In this document: positions 50,481 to 61,812 of the stretch, in pieces
Position numbering within the stretch: position 1 is the first letter of the stretch
Layout: the number at the start of each line of letters is the position of its first letter
Origin: Leptogorgia sarmentosa
Lineage: Eukaryota
Assembly (NCBI GenBank): GCA_964658305.1
Contig: OZ210885.1
Span: forward strand, 19,964,001-20,028,000
Length of the DNA: 64,000 nucleotides
Reading direction: 5' to 3'
Translations under genes and position numbers: made by a program
Notes under the pieces: model-generated
Told to the model about the DNA's origin: nothing
The model's database searches: none
What the model saw: only the letters and a program-made list of their open reading frames with translations

Positions 50481-51105
50481 CTATCTTAGCACATTTTCTA
50501 CATTTCTTACCTCTTGCAGGACATTGTAACTCATTAACATGCTTTCTATTGCACCTACCACACCGCTGTTGTTGTTGAAACGCTCGATCGATTGGCTTTT
50601 AACCAACTCCGATTGTCTTGCTATTTCTACCGCCGATTGTAGATCCAAACCGGCTTTCATCTGTAACCTTTGCGACACGTTTTTATCTAATAGTCCAATA
50701 ACTATCCGATCTCGAACTTGTTCGTCTCGTGCATCGGCAAAATCACAGTTCTCTGCCAATTCATACAGGCTTCGGATGAACGCTTCAACAGTTTCTCCTG
50801 CATGCTGTCGGCGTTGATAAAACCGGGCTCGCTTGTGAATTACATTTCGTTTTGGGACAAAGTAGGCATCAAATTGTGCTAGAACTGTTTCATATTCTTC
50901 TTCTCCGCCTTTCTCAAGTCTAAAGGTTTTATAGATGTGTTCTGCTTGCTTTCCCATCGAGTATATAAGCGTGCTGACTTGAATTTCATCGTCTTCTTTG
51001 TTTAACTTCGTCGCTATTCTATAACGCTGAAAGCGCTGTTTCCATTCAGGCCACAGTTGTGGCTTAGCAAATTCGAAGTTTTCAGGCGGGTTTATCTTCA
51101 ACATA
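50481..51105 (-). pseudogene. Gypsy gag, out of frame with its zinc knuckle
   Basis: PPENFEF..WPEWKQRF, FYQRRQ..GETVEAF, RDRIVIG. CRKCAKIGHFAAVC lies in another frame. Confidence 0.85.
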
Positions 51106-51729
51106 TTAAAGATCCCACACCTGACACCATGTTTTGAAACATGAACCCGTTCGTATATATATATTTTATTCACAAACAAAAACTGACCCTATTCCAAAGT
51201 ATACAAGCTATTATATACCTGTGGTACGCCCACAATCTGCATTGCTAATTACTATTACTGAATTACAATATTCTAATTATAACAACGACGTTCAAGGTTC
51301 CAACTCGCCTTTCCAGCCAACAAACATACCACCCGTATTAACTCTCCCTGGTTCACAGCTATTTCCACACGCAACATCATCGCAAGGCTGTTCACCCGCT
51401 GCTGATTCTGATCTCAACTCTAATACCCGACTTCCACGTGACCGGAAACCACCGAAGTACTTTGAATATGAGACTTGGTAACGCAAAAGGTAAAACGAAG
51501 GCGAAGAAACAGGCCACGCCACAATTGACATTGTTATTGTTATTGTTAGTGATATGTTAAGGTTACAGGAAGTACGTCACATCAGATGGTGACATATTTT
51601 GATTGACATTCGAACAGTGTTGACATTGTAGATATATTGTAGCCGCTCGACGCTTTTGGAATCATCTGTGATTTCGTGTTATATAATATATCGTGTTATT
51701 CGTCTTGAGTTTTATCTTTTTTACTGGCG

Positions 51730-52552
51730 TAGATCTAAACTTGTATCATAATTCCACCAAAGTTGTGTCGTGTATGCTGTTTGATGTCGACGCTAATTTG
51801 ACGTTGGATTTTCTACGCAACAAGATCAAAAAAGAAGTTGCAAATCTCATGCCAACTGATTATATGTTCGTTGTTTTGGAGAAGCCTGTCAAACTAAGTG
51901 AGGAACAAACTAAAACCATAAATACAGCAATTCAGTGGGGAAAAAATGAGCCGTTCATACATTACACAGAGAGCAAAACTGGCGTCGCTAAAAGTGAAAC
52001 CACAAAGTCCAAGGAAGAGCATCTGCCTGCACACACAAGTTACACAACCCCGAAGGATAATATTTGCGTCAAAACAGTTGAAAAAGCAACTGATGCATTA
52101 GCAATGCTACAATCACCTACTACCTGTTCCATCAAAGGCATTAAAATTTATTCAGGACGAGATCGAAAAAGGCATTGGGAAAGAAAAGGAAAGAAGAAGA
52201 TTTTGGAATAAAAAGACAAGAGAATTGTGCAAGGCAAACATCAAAAAACAAGATCTATATAGCTGAATGGTGTGCTCATAAAGCAAGTTCAATGACAAAA
52301 GAAGCAAAGCGTAACGAAGGCAAAGAAAAGTCAACTCTAAAAAAGGGAACGTTGATGGGGAATATCGCCAGAGTTCATCAAGCAAAACAAAAGTTGGAAG
52401 ATTTATTAAAAGAAATAAAAAAGGAGGAGAACGCTTGCTGCATTGTAAAGTCAAAAAAAGTGAAGAGGCTTCGTGAAGAACTTCAAGCCACAAGAAGTGA
52501 AATTAGAAAGGCACAGGATGCTTTGAGAAAGTCAAATGCAAAACTTAAATAG
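51730..52552 (+). pseudogene. Unknown protein (possible ubiquitin-like N-terminus and basic coiled coil); start codon displaced to 43578 by the Troyka insertion
   Basis: ATG TTA G|AT CTA AAC is restored across the TAG TSD. Frameshifted ORFs 51693-52211 and 52175-52552. Confidence 0.45.
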
Positions 52553-53509
52553 TTTCTGAAATAGCTAGAATTTGACTGTACAAATTCAATTGTTCATGTT
52601 ATGCCTATTATAACTAAATATGAGTTTCACTATATATTCGTCGTACAGTGAAATACTTTTTTCACAGCTAGAATCAAACGAACAAAGTTTTAACTTTTCA
52701 ATGACACTATAGTGATTTTACAAAATTAGAAGAAATATTGAGTCAATATGGATTTCTATTTGACAACTAATGCCAGCAGTACTTTTCCTTGTTTTCAGAT
52801 CACCTCAGTTAGATAACCTTTTTATTGCCATAGGCCATTTACAGTAAAGGAATTTTGTTATACCAGACTCACCAGTGCGTTTTTAACGAAAAGAACACTT
52901 TTTAGTTAAGTCAGTTTTGGGAGGAGAGTTTTTTGGCCAGGAATTTGTTTATTTTGTATTGTCAAATTTTCTTGCATGTTCATTCATTTTTGGAAAAATA
53001 TTGTAAAGTATTGTTTAATCTTTTTAAATACTGTGTTTATGTTTGTTGACCAGTGTAAGAACTGACACTATATTTAATTTTAGCAAAACAAATGAACAGC
53101 ATGTTTAATATGCCATTACCTACAGCAGTCTTGAACAATGCAGCCCATATTATTCCACATTACTTCAGGCTTCACAATGGTAGTCAGTATATTGTTACTA
53201 CAGTAGCCTTCTAGAAAATTGTAGGTGAGCAATATATTTTTCAAGCCTTCGTTCATCAATGTTGCAAAATGCTGTTAATTATCTACTGTGTAATTGGATA
53301 TAAATATGTTTGACATTTCATGCAAATTGCAACAAATATACAAAAAAATATTTATTTTGTTTGGTAAATTAAAATATATTTGTGTAATTACATAAATGTA
53401 TTATTTAAATCAGGTTCGAGCAATTACTGGATGAATCTGAGTCTCAGCAGCATAATAAGAATTACTGGCCCTTTGCCTGGCTTAATTATGTCTTCCAAAC
53501 ATAATTTTA

Positions 53510-53790
53510 AATTGGAAAATTAAACGATACTTACTTATAAGTTGAAGTTTGATTGAGATTCTACCGAAGCATTAGCAGAGATAGCAAGGCGTACCACGAG
53601 GTCAGTCTTTAGAACTTATTTAGTGGGCATCGTAAGACGCTAATAAATTTGGGTTGGGACTGGGCGGGATGTGACTTCCTCGTTTCTGCTAATGCTTCGG
53701 TAGAATCTTAATCAAACTTCAACTTACAAGTAAGTATCGTTTAATTTTCCAATTCTACCTCGCATTAGCATTCACTCGGAAGTCACATGG
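53510..53790. repeat. DIRS right terminal repeat and internal complementary region
   Basis: 70-bp inverted pair 53510-53579 / 53685-53754, and a short pair ATGTGACTTCC/GGAAGTCACAT. Confidence 0.85.
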
Positions 53791-53902
53791 GATTTTAGAG
53801 CCGATGACCACCAAATAAAGCCGATAATAGGCAGTAATGGTCCATGCATGGACTAATATCAATTTATTATGATTAATAACAAGTGATAACATTAACACAT
53901 AA

Positions 53903-55168
53903 CTAGATGGCCGTGGCACGACTAAGCACGCTGCTCGCAAAACCATTTGCAGATTGCAATGGTTTATCGTAGAATTGCCCAAAAACCGAGGAAGTTCTCC
54001 AGCCTGCTGTTTTAAATATGTCGTCAATAGGAACACCAGCAGCTTTAGCTGCGGATGTGGCTGCACTTCTGGTGCTGTGAGGTTTAAATATGTCAATGTT
54101 TATCACTGCAGCCTTCATTAAATCTTTTGCCCAACAGGATATGGTAGCCTTTGCAGCAGGTCCATGAGGCTTAGCATAACACAACAATAACTGATTTGAC
54201 TTCCTAAACTTGGACGTTCTTTCCAAATAACAATCAAGAGTATCAACTATACATAACTTCTTTTGTACATGATATTTAACAAATTTGATTGGTTCAAGAT
54301 GCCTCTGTTTACCACCAGTAGCAGAGGTCTGTTTCAGCAATGACTCTATTTTAAAGATATAGCAATCCGGTTTCTTTACCATACCTTCGATGGATAGGGC
54401 TTTAATTGTTTGTGTTCTTTGAGCTGATGTCAATAGCATTAATATCAATAATTTCTGTGTCAGTAACTTTAGCTTCAAATCTTTGTTCTCTGGCAATTTG
54501 ACTATATGATCCAGAATAATTTGTGGGTCCCACATTTCTACGTACCGAGGTAAGGCCGGTTTCCGATTAAAGAGACCTGTGAGAAATCTGGACACCAGTG
54601 GATGATCACCCAATTTTTGTCCATCCAGGGTAATAAGGGATGACAATGCACTCTGTGTAGATGCCACTGCACTGTATCCTAGGTGTTGAGATTGCTTGGT
54701 AAGAAAACTAAGAACCTCCTGAATTGAGGGTGTTGTATAATTGAGATTGTTTGATTGACAAAACTCCACCCAAGGTGCAAAATAAGATGAGTATTGTTGT
54801 CTTGTAGAGTGTTGCCAAGAATCAATAATAATATCTTGTGCTTCACCTGTAACCCCTTGGTCAGTTAGCATTTTCCGGATACAAGACAACCAATCAAGCG
54901 AAGCTTTGGGTAGAGAGGATGTACCTTCTCTGGGTTGTGTGGTAAAGTTAATGTCTTTGCATTGTTGTGTATGTGGTATGGTGGTGCTTCCATCAATTGG
55001 AGTAACAATGGATACCAGAACTGGGTTGTCCAGTCTGGAACAATTAGTATGACTCTTGCTCTGTCCATTTGAATTTTCTGGAGGACCCTGCCAATCAAGC
55101 TGAAAGGTGGAAAACAGTATGACAGTGAATAATCTGACCAGTTTAATGTAAATGCATCGATTGCCCAT
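53903..55168 (-). CDS. DIRS tyrosine recombinase
   Basis: SAQR, LKQT, HSTRSAATS, AGW, FGQFY. Overlaps the pol frame. Confidence 0.9.
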   Translation of the reverse strand: MGNRCIYIKLVRLFTVILFSTFQLDWQGPPENSNGQSKSHTNCSRLDNPVLVSIVTPIDGSTTIPHTQQCKDINFTTQPREGTSSLPKASLDWLSCIRKMLTDQGVTGEAQDIIIDSWQHSTRQQYSSYFAPWVEFCQSNNLNYTTPSIQEVLSFLTKQSQHLGYSAVASTQSALSSLITLDGQKLGDHPLVSRFLTGLFNRKPALPRYVEMWDPQIILDHIVKLPENKDLKLKLLTQKLLILMLLTSAQRTQTIKALSIEGMVKKPDCYIFKIESLLKQTSATGGKQRHLEPIKFVKYHVQKKLCIVDTLDCYLERTSKFRKSNQLLLCYAKPHGPAAKATISCWAKDLMKAAVINIDIFKPHSTRSAATSAAKAAGVPIDDIFKTAGWRTSSVFGQFYDKPLQSANGFASSVLSRATAI

Positions 55169-56762
55169 GCACTGGGGTCAGGCGTCCAAGCTACATATGG
55201 CATAAGCTTGTAATTTAATCTTGATGCAAAGAGATCAATGCATGGCGTACCCCAAAGGTTTACTAACTGATTATATTCACTCACATTTAGACACCATTCT
55301 GTGTCATCATTGAATACATGACTGGCCTTATCTGCCTCAGTATTCAGTTTCCCTGGCAAGTGAGCTATCAGCAGAGAGATGTCCCTGTCCTTACACCAGA
55401 ACATTATTTCTCTAGTAATGTCATTGCAGGGTCTAGAGTGGGTACCACCCATGTTCTTAATATATGCTACAGCCGTTTGATTATCTGAAAGCACCTTAAT
55501 GCACTTTGAAAGCATATCCCCACACAGTGACTGAAGACCCAATAAAATGGCCTTCAACTCTAGATAATTTATATGATTGAGAGACTCAGACTTTGACCAG
55601 CGGCCACCAGTGGACGAGGAGGTACCCTCAAGGATACTACCCCACCCCAAAAGGGAGCTGTCACATTTTAAGACGCAATGGGGAATTTGTGGGACGATAT
55701 GGTGCGGAGCACAATGTGAGCAATTAGACCACCACTCAAGGTCCTTAATGACCAGTTCTGTTAAAGTCATGTGAGCATCCAAGTTGCTCAAGGCCAACTT
55801 GAGTGCATCAGTCTTCTCATTTTCAAGAGAGCGGTAGAAGAGGGGCCCATGTCTCACCCCAGGAAAGCTAGATACCATAAGCCCCACAACTGATGCTACC
55901 TCTCTTATAGTAGGAGATCTTTTCCCAAGGCGCCTTTGGCAAGCTTGAATAAGCTTTGCACTTTTGCTTGGGGTCATACAGACCTCCATGGTAACTGAAT
56001 TGATCAGGAATCCAAGGAAACATACTTCCTGAGAAGGCACAAGTTGTGACTTGTCATAATTGATTGTGAAACCTAAGTCAGTTACCATGGTGATGGTCTC
56101 AGTCAAAGCAAGTTCCAGGGCTTACTTTGAATTAGCAATAAGAATGTCATGAATGTAAGCTACAAGCAGGATCCCCTTGCCCCGAAGAACCGCAAATAGT
56201 GGTTTCATAAGTTTGGTGAAAACCCAAGGGGCACTAGAAAGCCCATTCGGAAGGCATGTGAACTCATAAAGAGTGTCCTCAAAGTTAAATCTAAGGAACT
56301 TCCTGTGTTCACTAAAAATAGGAACAGAATAGTAAGCATCCTTTAGATCTGCTACTGCCATGTAGCAGTTTCGTTTTATTAGCTGTAGTGCTGATGCCAG
56401 TGTGTCCATTTTGAAATGCTTATAAGTTATAAATTGGTTAAGGTTTTTTAAATTAAGAATTAATCTATAAGAGCCATCCTTTTTTGGCCGAATGAAAACG
56501 TTTGAGAGAAATTCACCCTCTGTATGCATCACTTTATGTATAACCCCTTTATTGAGGAGCTTTCCAATCTCAGCAGCCACTATTTGTGATTCTTTAGCAT
56601 TAGTAAACATCCTGTTTGGGCAGGCAATTTGATTAGGTATAGAGTCAAATTCAAGTTTATAACCTTCCACAGTATTTAAAATTGTTTGGTCTGAAGTTAC
56701 TTTAGACCAGTTCCCAACAAAATTCCTAATTTGACCCGCAATAAAGGAGCAATTGCCACTTA
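54865..56762 (-). pseudogene. DIRS RT-RNase H-Dam-like methyltransferase
   Basis: DLKDAY, LPNGLSSAP, YIHD (catalytic YxDD mutated), stop at ~56122, CDSS..GWG, HINYLEL, DLFAS, FPPF. Confidence 0.9.
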
Positions 56763-58730
56763 TAGGCCGTCGTCTGGGGCCCCAAAATGTTTAGTTTCGT
56801 TGCACACCTCTTTAAACTAAAAAAAATTTACATATTCTTATAGATTAAATGACGCTGAATCCAAATCTAAAAAGTTCTTGCGGGTTCACCCTGCAGTTTT
56901 TTTGTAAATGGCGATCAAAATCTTAAAATTTACCAGTTTTGCAATAGCATTTTTACTGTATGCCATGCCTGAAGATGCGAACTTTCGGAACCAGTCACTG
57001 ACGCGCCATAGTGAAATTATACAGGATAGGTCACTTCCGCCTACTTTTGAGATCAAACACTGACCCTAACAACAAAATGTTGAGAAAAAAGCTTGAAAGA
57101 AATTGGGCCAAGTTGGTTGGGCCGAGTTGGTATGTGGGCCGAGTTGACTGGTTACCAACTACACTAGTCATCCTCTTCATCACAGTCATTGTCAATCAGC
57201 TCTTCTTCATCAATCAGCTCTTCTTCATCAATCAGCTCTTCTTCATCAATCTCACTGTTCTCACTGTTCTCACAATTGCTGCATTGGCAAAGTTCAGTGC
57301 ACTTCAAATTTCCTTTACAACACGAGCATCTTTTTGTTTGACAACCCTTTTTGCATTTGCAGCTGACAAATTCTAAGATGCTGTCCGGAGCAGGCCCTTG
57401 GGTCCCCCATGTTATTTCTGTTAGGCTCCAACCATAACCTGCAGGTGATGGTGCATCCAAGATGGGAATAGTGGAATTTTTACGTCTATAACTTTCAAAG
57501 TTCACTCTTAAAATGTGTTGATATAGACTATCGTAATTAGGAGGCAGCGAGTCCTCTGTGCACTTCCCAAGTTTAAACATCCTGTAACGGGCATTATTGA
57601 TGTTTGTGGCATTTTCCTGTCCATAAAGACAGCAAACATATCGCTCCAGGAGGGTGATAACACTCTCTGGAAGGTGCAAATCATCTCCAAGTGCCTCAAA
57701 TGCATTGCAGAATTCATCCTTGCTTCTTGCAACTTTAAGTGCTGTTGTCTTGCCTTTTCCAAAAAAAGCACTTGTCGAGTCAGACCCTACATAAAAAATT
57801 GGGTATTGTAACTCATTAACCCATTGAGCCGCATTGCACCCTGATTATTTATTATTTTAATCTGTCTAACGCCAGATGATTTCACTCTCAAGGGGAGAGT
57901 GCTATGGGTAATAGACTTAATTGGCAGTGTCATACCACAAGCTGGTAAAATCATCTAGCGATAGACAGAGTAAACTAGCAAAGGGCATGTAATGTGAATC
58001 CGGATACAACAGACTGTTATAAATTGCAAATTAATCTCACCTGTGAAAATATGGAAACCAATAATTGCTCTGCACCATCTAGGTCCAAAAAAGCGGGCAA
58101 CCTCACTTATATCAATTCTTCTCCGATTAGATGCAGTTCCTGTGTCAAATACGAGTCGGGCAGGAATGGTTGCTTGACATGCAAGTGCAATGACAAACAC
58201 ATCCGTATCTGGGCTCTTGATCACAACAACATCGGATGCTGCAGCAGCATGCTGTGCATGGACGAACATCTTTGTATCTGCCTCCTCATGATCACATTCC
58301 AATTCAGGAACCTCTTCAACAGTAACAGCATCAGCATTTGGGTAATAGTGGCTTTATTTGTTACAAACAACTGCGTCGACTGCAGTGCTGAACATCGAAC
58401 ATTTCTCCACTGTTGGACCAGGAATTCAACAAGCCGTTCCTTATTACTTCCCACACTCATGAATTTTTTCCACTGCTTTGGAACTTTTTGTTGATCACTG
58501 AGTATTGAGACAGCATATGTGCCCGATGCTGCTCTATGTAACCTTTCAGCATTTTTGGTACTCACTGTGGGATACCTGTCTGTCACAAAGTCTACACGTT
58601 GTGATTTATTGAACACTGCAATGTCAATAACATTCTTCAGAATTACATCAGCCAACTGACCAAATGTCTCTGGGATATTTCTTGCTTTCAGCATTTCCAG
58701 TAAGGCCATTCCATCAACAATAGTGGCACT

Positions 58731-61700
58731 CAGCGCTTCCACTTTGAAGGAAATTTCCTTTTGAAAGGAAATTTTCGAAGAATGAAGGAAATTTGAAGGA
58801 AGGAAATTTTGGAAGAACAAAGGAAATTCGAAGGAAAATGTAAAATATCGCGAAAATTAACGATATTCAGTATATTTTCAAAAATAAACGTGAAATGAGC
58901 CTCAATCTGATTAGAATTTAAACAAAAGTAGAAATTGTAGAATCTATATTCAGTGATCTTGCTAGAAAAAGCCCCCAAACCATAGAATTTATTAATTTAG
59001 TCTGAAGACTGGGGCTGATACTTCATGTAGTGTCAATATTATGAAAATAATTGCATAAATCATTTTCCTTCCACGCTTCATCAATTATAAACTGTGTTCG
59101 TTCTAACAATTAAAAACAAAGTGATTCTTCGGATTTTCGTTACGGACAAAAAAAATGTGAAAATAAACACGCAAGCATTACAGCACAGGCATTATGGCTT
59201 GACCGAGCGAATCTTCAAAAAGTAAGACATGGATAGCGACGATTTATTGTCTTCCGAAAATAGTGACCTGGATGAGGTAGAAAGCTATGGCCGAATGGGC
59301 GAAAAAGCAACAACGTCAACGACAATGTCTAGAAAACGTAAATGTCCACCTCGGGATCAACCCTTTATGGCCAATTGGCTAACGATTCCTGAGTTTAAAG
59401 GTTGGCTAGTAAAGAAACTGCACTGTAAAAAAATGAAACCGTATTGTAGCCTTTGTGAGAAAGTACTGACCTGCTCGAAAACCGGAATCAAACGCCATGA
59501 AATTAGTAAACAGCACCAAGATAAGGCCAAAACAACAAAAACAACAACCACACTCCGCCAAGTGTTCAATCAAATGACAACTGATGATGCGACAACCACT
59601 ATAGAATTAAAACTGTGTGCATTCATTGCACAGCACAATCTCCCATTGTGCCTTTCTGGCGACATGGTTGAATTGCTTCAATCCCTTTTTCCTAATGATG
59701 CCACACTAAAGAGTCAAACTTGGAAAACAGAAAGCGACGAACATTGTCCGTCAAGTTCTTGGATTTGACTATTTGAAGGAATTGGTTTCGTTGTTGCGTA
59801 GTCGCTTTTTTAGCGTGATTATCGATGAAGCCACCGACCAAAGCACTAAAAAGCAGCTTGCGATTGTTGCCACCTTCTTTGATATCGCGAGATTTGAAAT
59901 GCAATACTGGTTGGTCGACATGCTGGAAACGGATGATGGAAGTGCAAAGGGCATTTACTCTAAGATGAAAGAGGCATTTAGCAACATGAATATTCCAATG
60001 AGTAACATCATTGGTTACTCGTCTGACACAACCAACGTTATGTTTGGACAGTACAACTCAGTCGTACAGCTCCTAAAATCTGAATTTAGCTACGTTCAAG
60101 CAGTAAAATGTTCTTGCCATTTGATCCATCTGGTATCCTCTCACGCAGCATCCAAATTACCGAAAAGCGTCGAAGATCTGTGCAGAGATGTATATGCACA
60201 TTTTCATCGTTCTTCGAAAAGGCAGGATGTTTATCGAGAATTCCAGGCTTTTTACGGTACTGAGCCACTTAAGCTGTTATCTCCTGCACAAACACCTTGG
60301 CTTTCCTTACAAGAATGCGTAAATCGTATCCTTGAGCAATACGTTGCCTTGAAGAATTATTTTATCTTAACAGCAAATGAAGATCCGTCGCACACCAACG
60401 ACCGTATTTTGGCATCGCTTCAAAATCCTTTCTTTCAAGCTTATTTGGAATTTCTTAGTTTCCAGCTTGAACGATTCAACGCCTTCAATCGGCTATTTTA
60501 GAGTGAAAGACCACTCCTTCACAATTTAAAAATTGAGGTGGAGGGTCTTTTGAAAGCAATTGCTAGCGACTTCATGAAGCTCTCAATTGTGAAGACGGAA
60601 GCGGAAGATTTGGATCCAACAGACATTCAACAACACCTCCCTCTACGCCAGACGTATCTTGGAATGGGAGCCACGACTTCTCTTCGTGAGATCGAAGCCA
60701 GTGCACAAGAAGAGGAGGTCAACAAGTTCTTAACAACCTGCAAAGACTTTCTCATTGAAAGAATACTGCAGATCAAAAGCAAGTTTGATTTAAACACGGA
60801 ATACCACGACATAGTGCAATGCCTTCATCCTTCCAACGCTGCTAATCTCAACCCTCGTTCACTGGCAATCATTTGCCAGAAGCTGCCTTATCTGAGCAAC
60901 GCGGTTGACACAAACAACCTGGATGTAGAATGGAGATTACACGCACTGGATGAGAAAGTCAGCGAAGATCTTCCCTTCAATGAGTACTGGTTAGCCATAC
61001 GTAATGCCAAAATACCAACAGGAGAAGCCAAGTACCCCAATCTCATCAAATTCATCACCATTCTTTTCTCTTTGCCCTTCGCTAATGCTGCAGTGGAAAG
61101 AGTTTTCAGCCAGTTAAAATTAGTGAAAACAAATCACAGAAACTCGTTGAAGTCGACATCTTTGGTTTCATTGCTCCAAAGTAAAATGAGCTTGAAAAAT
61201 CGGCACGTTACTGCAGCTAGCTTGAAGCCTAGCAAGGACGTCTTGCAACTTGCCAAAGATATGCAATCCAATGCTACTGAGAATCAAGTGATAGAGCTAA
61301 GAAAGGACTTTCTTAGGAAACTCTCTTGATTACGTGCGTCAAGATAAATACACTAATAAACTCACTATTTACTGAAAAGGAATTTTGGTCTCATGAAAAC
61401 ACAGTATCGTGGACTCATTCACGTAGCTAACTACTAGCCACGCAGTATTTCAGTTTGTGTTGCATTTTCCAAACAACAGAAAAGTTTCATATTTTTCAAA
61501 AATATCATGTTTTGTTATGTTCATATTGATTATTGTAATTCTTACTGGAGATATAAGGTAATTTCAATGACATCATTCTGTTTGTTGGTCTTTGGTTTGT
61601 CTAGCTTATTGGCAGGGAAATAAAGTCATAGTCTGTCTTTAATGGGCAGTGATAAAATCATAAAATTAAATTGAACATCCACATGAATATTCTGCTCAGG

Positions 61701-61812
61701 TAAGACTACTTTGGAGAATATTCAACATGATTTCATTAAATTATTCGAAGGAAATTTTCGTCAAAATAAGGAGGAAAAAAGGATTTTTCGGTTTCTGAAA
61801 GTGGAAGCACTG
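58731..61812 (+). mobile_element. hAT DNA transposon (3082 bp)
   Basis: TIR CAGCGCTTCCACTTT/AAAGTGGAAGCACTG. 8-bp TSD GTGGCACT. GAAGGAAATTT subterminal repeats. Removal restores the Academ frame NSAT|IVDG. Confidence 0.95.
59229..61329 (+). pseudogene. hAT transposase (ZNF862-like) with a frameshift and a stop
   Basis: ORFs 59229-59768, 59773-60501 and 60538-61329. IIDEATD, SSDTT, CSCH, ANAAVERVFS; RW is mutated to PW. Confidence 0.9.

Larger units (their letters stand above)
47197..51284 (-). mobile_element. Ty3/Gypsy (Mag-type) LTR retrotransposon
   Basis: 155-bp LTRs at 47197-47351 and 51130-51284, apparently identical. 5-bp TSD ACGAC, PBS TGGTGTCAGGTGTGGGAT, PPT GGAGGGAGA. Confidence 0.95.
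43585..51729 (+). mobile_element. Troyka-like Gypsy-related LTR retrotransposon, internally deleted
   Basis: LTRs 43585-43791 and 51517-51729 with CGCCA...TGGCG termini. PBS-like TGGTGGCAGCGG, a purine tract before the 3' LTR and a 3-bp TSD TAG. Remnants of gag, RNase H (VTDGS, EIEAL, PSDFASR) and integrase (H-H-CxxC, AADV, RVDPAPGF, AEKAIAE). Protease and most of RT are missing. Confidence 0.85.
53510..56762 (-). mobile_element. DIRS1-like tyrosine-recombinase retrotransposon (3' part), cut by AcademX
   Basis: RT, RNase H, methyltransferase-like and YR frames, plus a terminal inverted-repeat/ICR structure. Confidence 0.92.

Noticed and set aside
53903..55168. Phage integrase or bacterial contamination
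   Set aside because: It overlaps an RT-RNase H-MT frame and has DIRS terminal structure.
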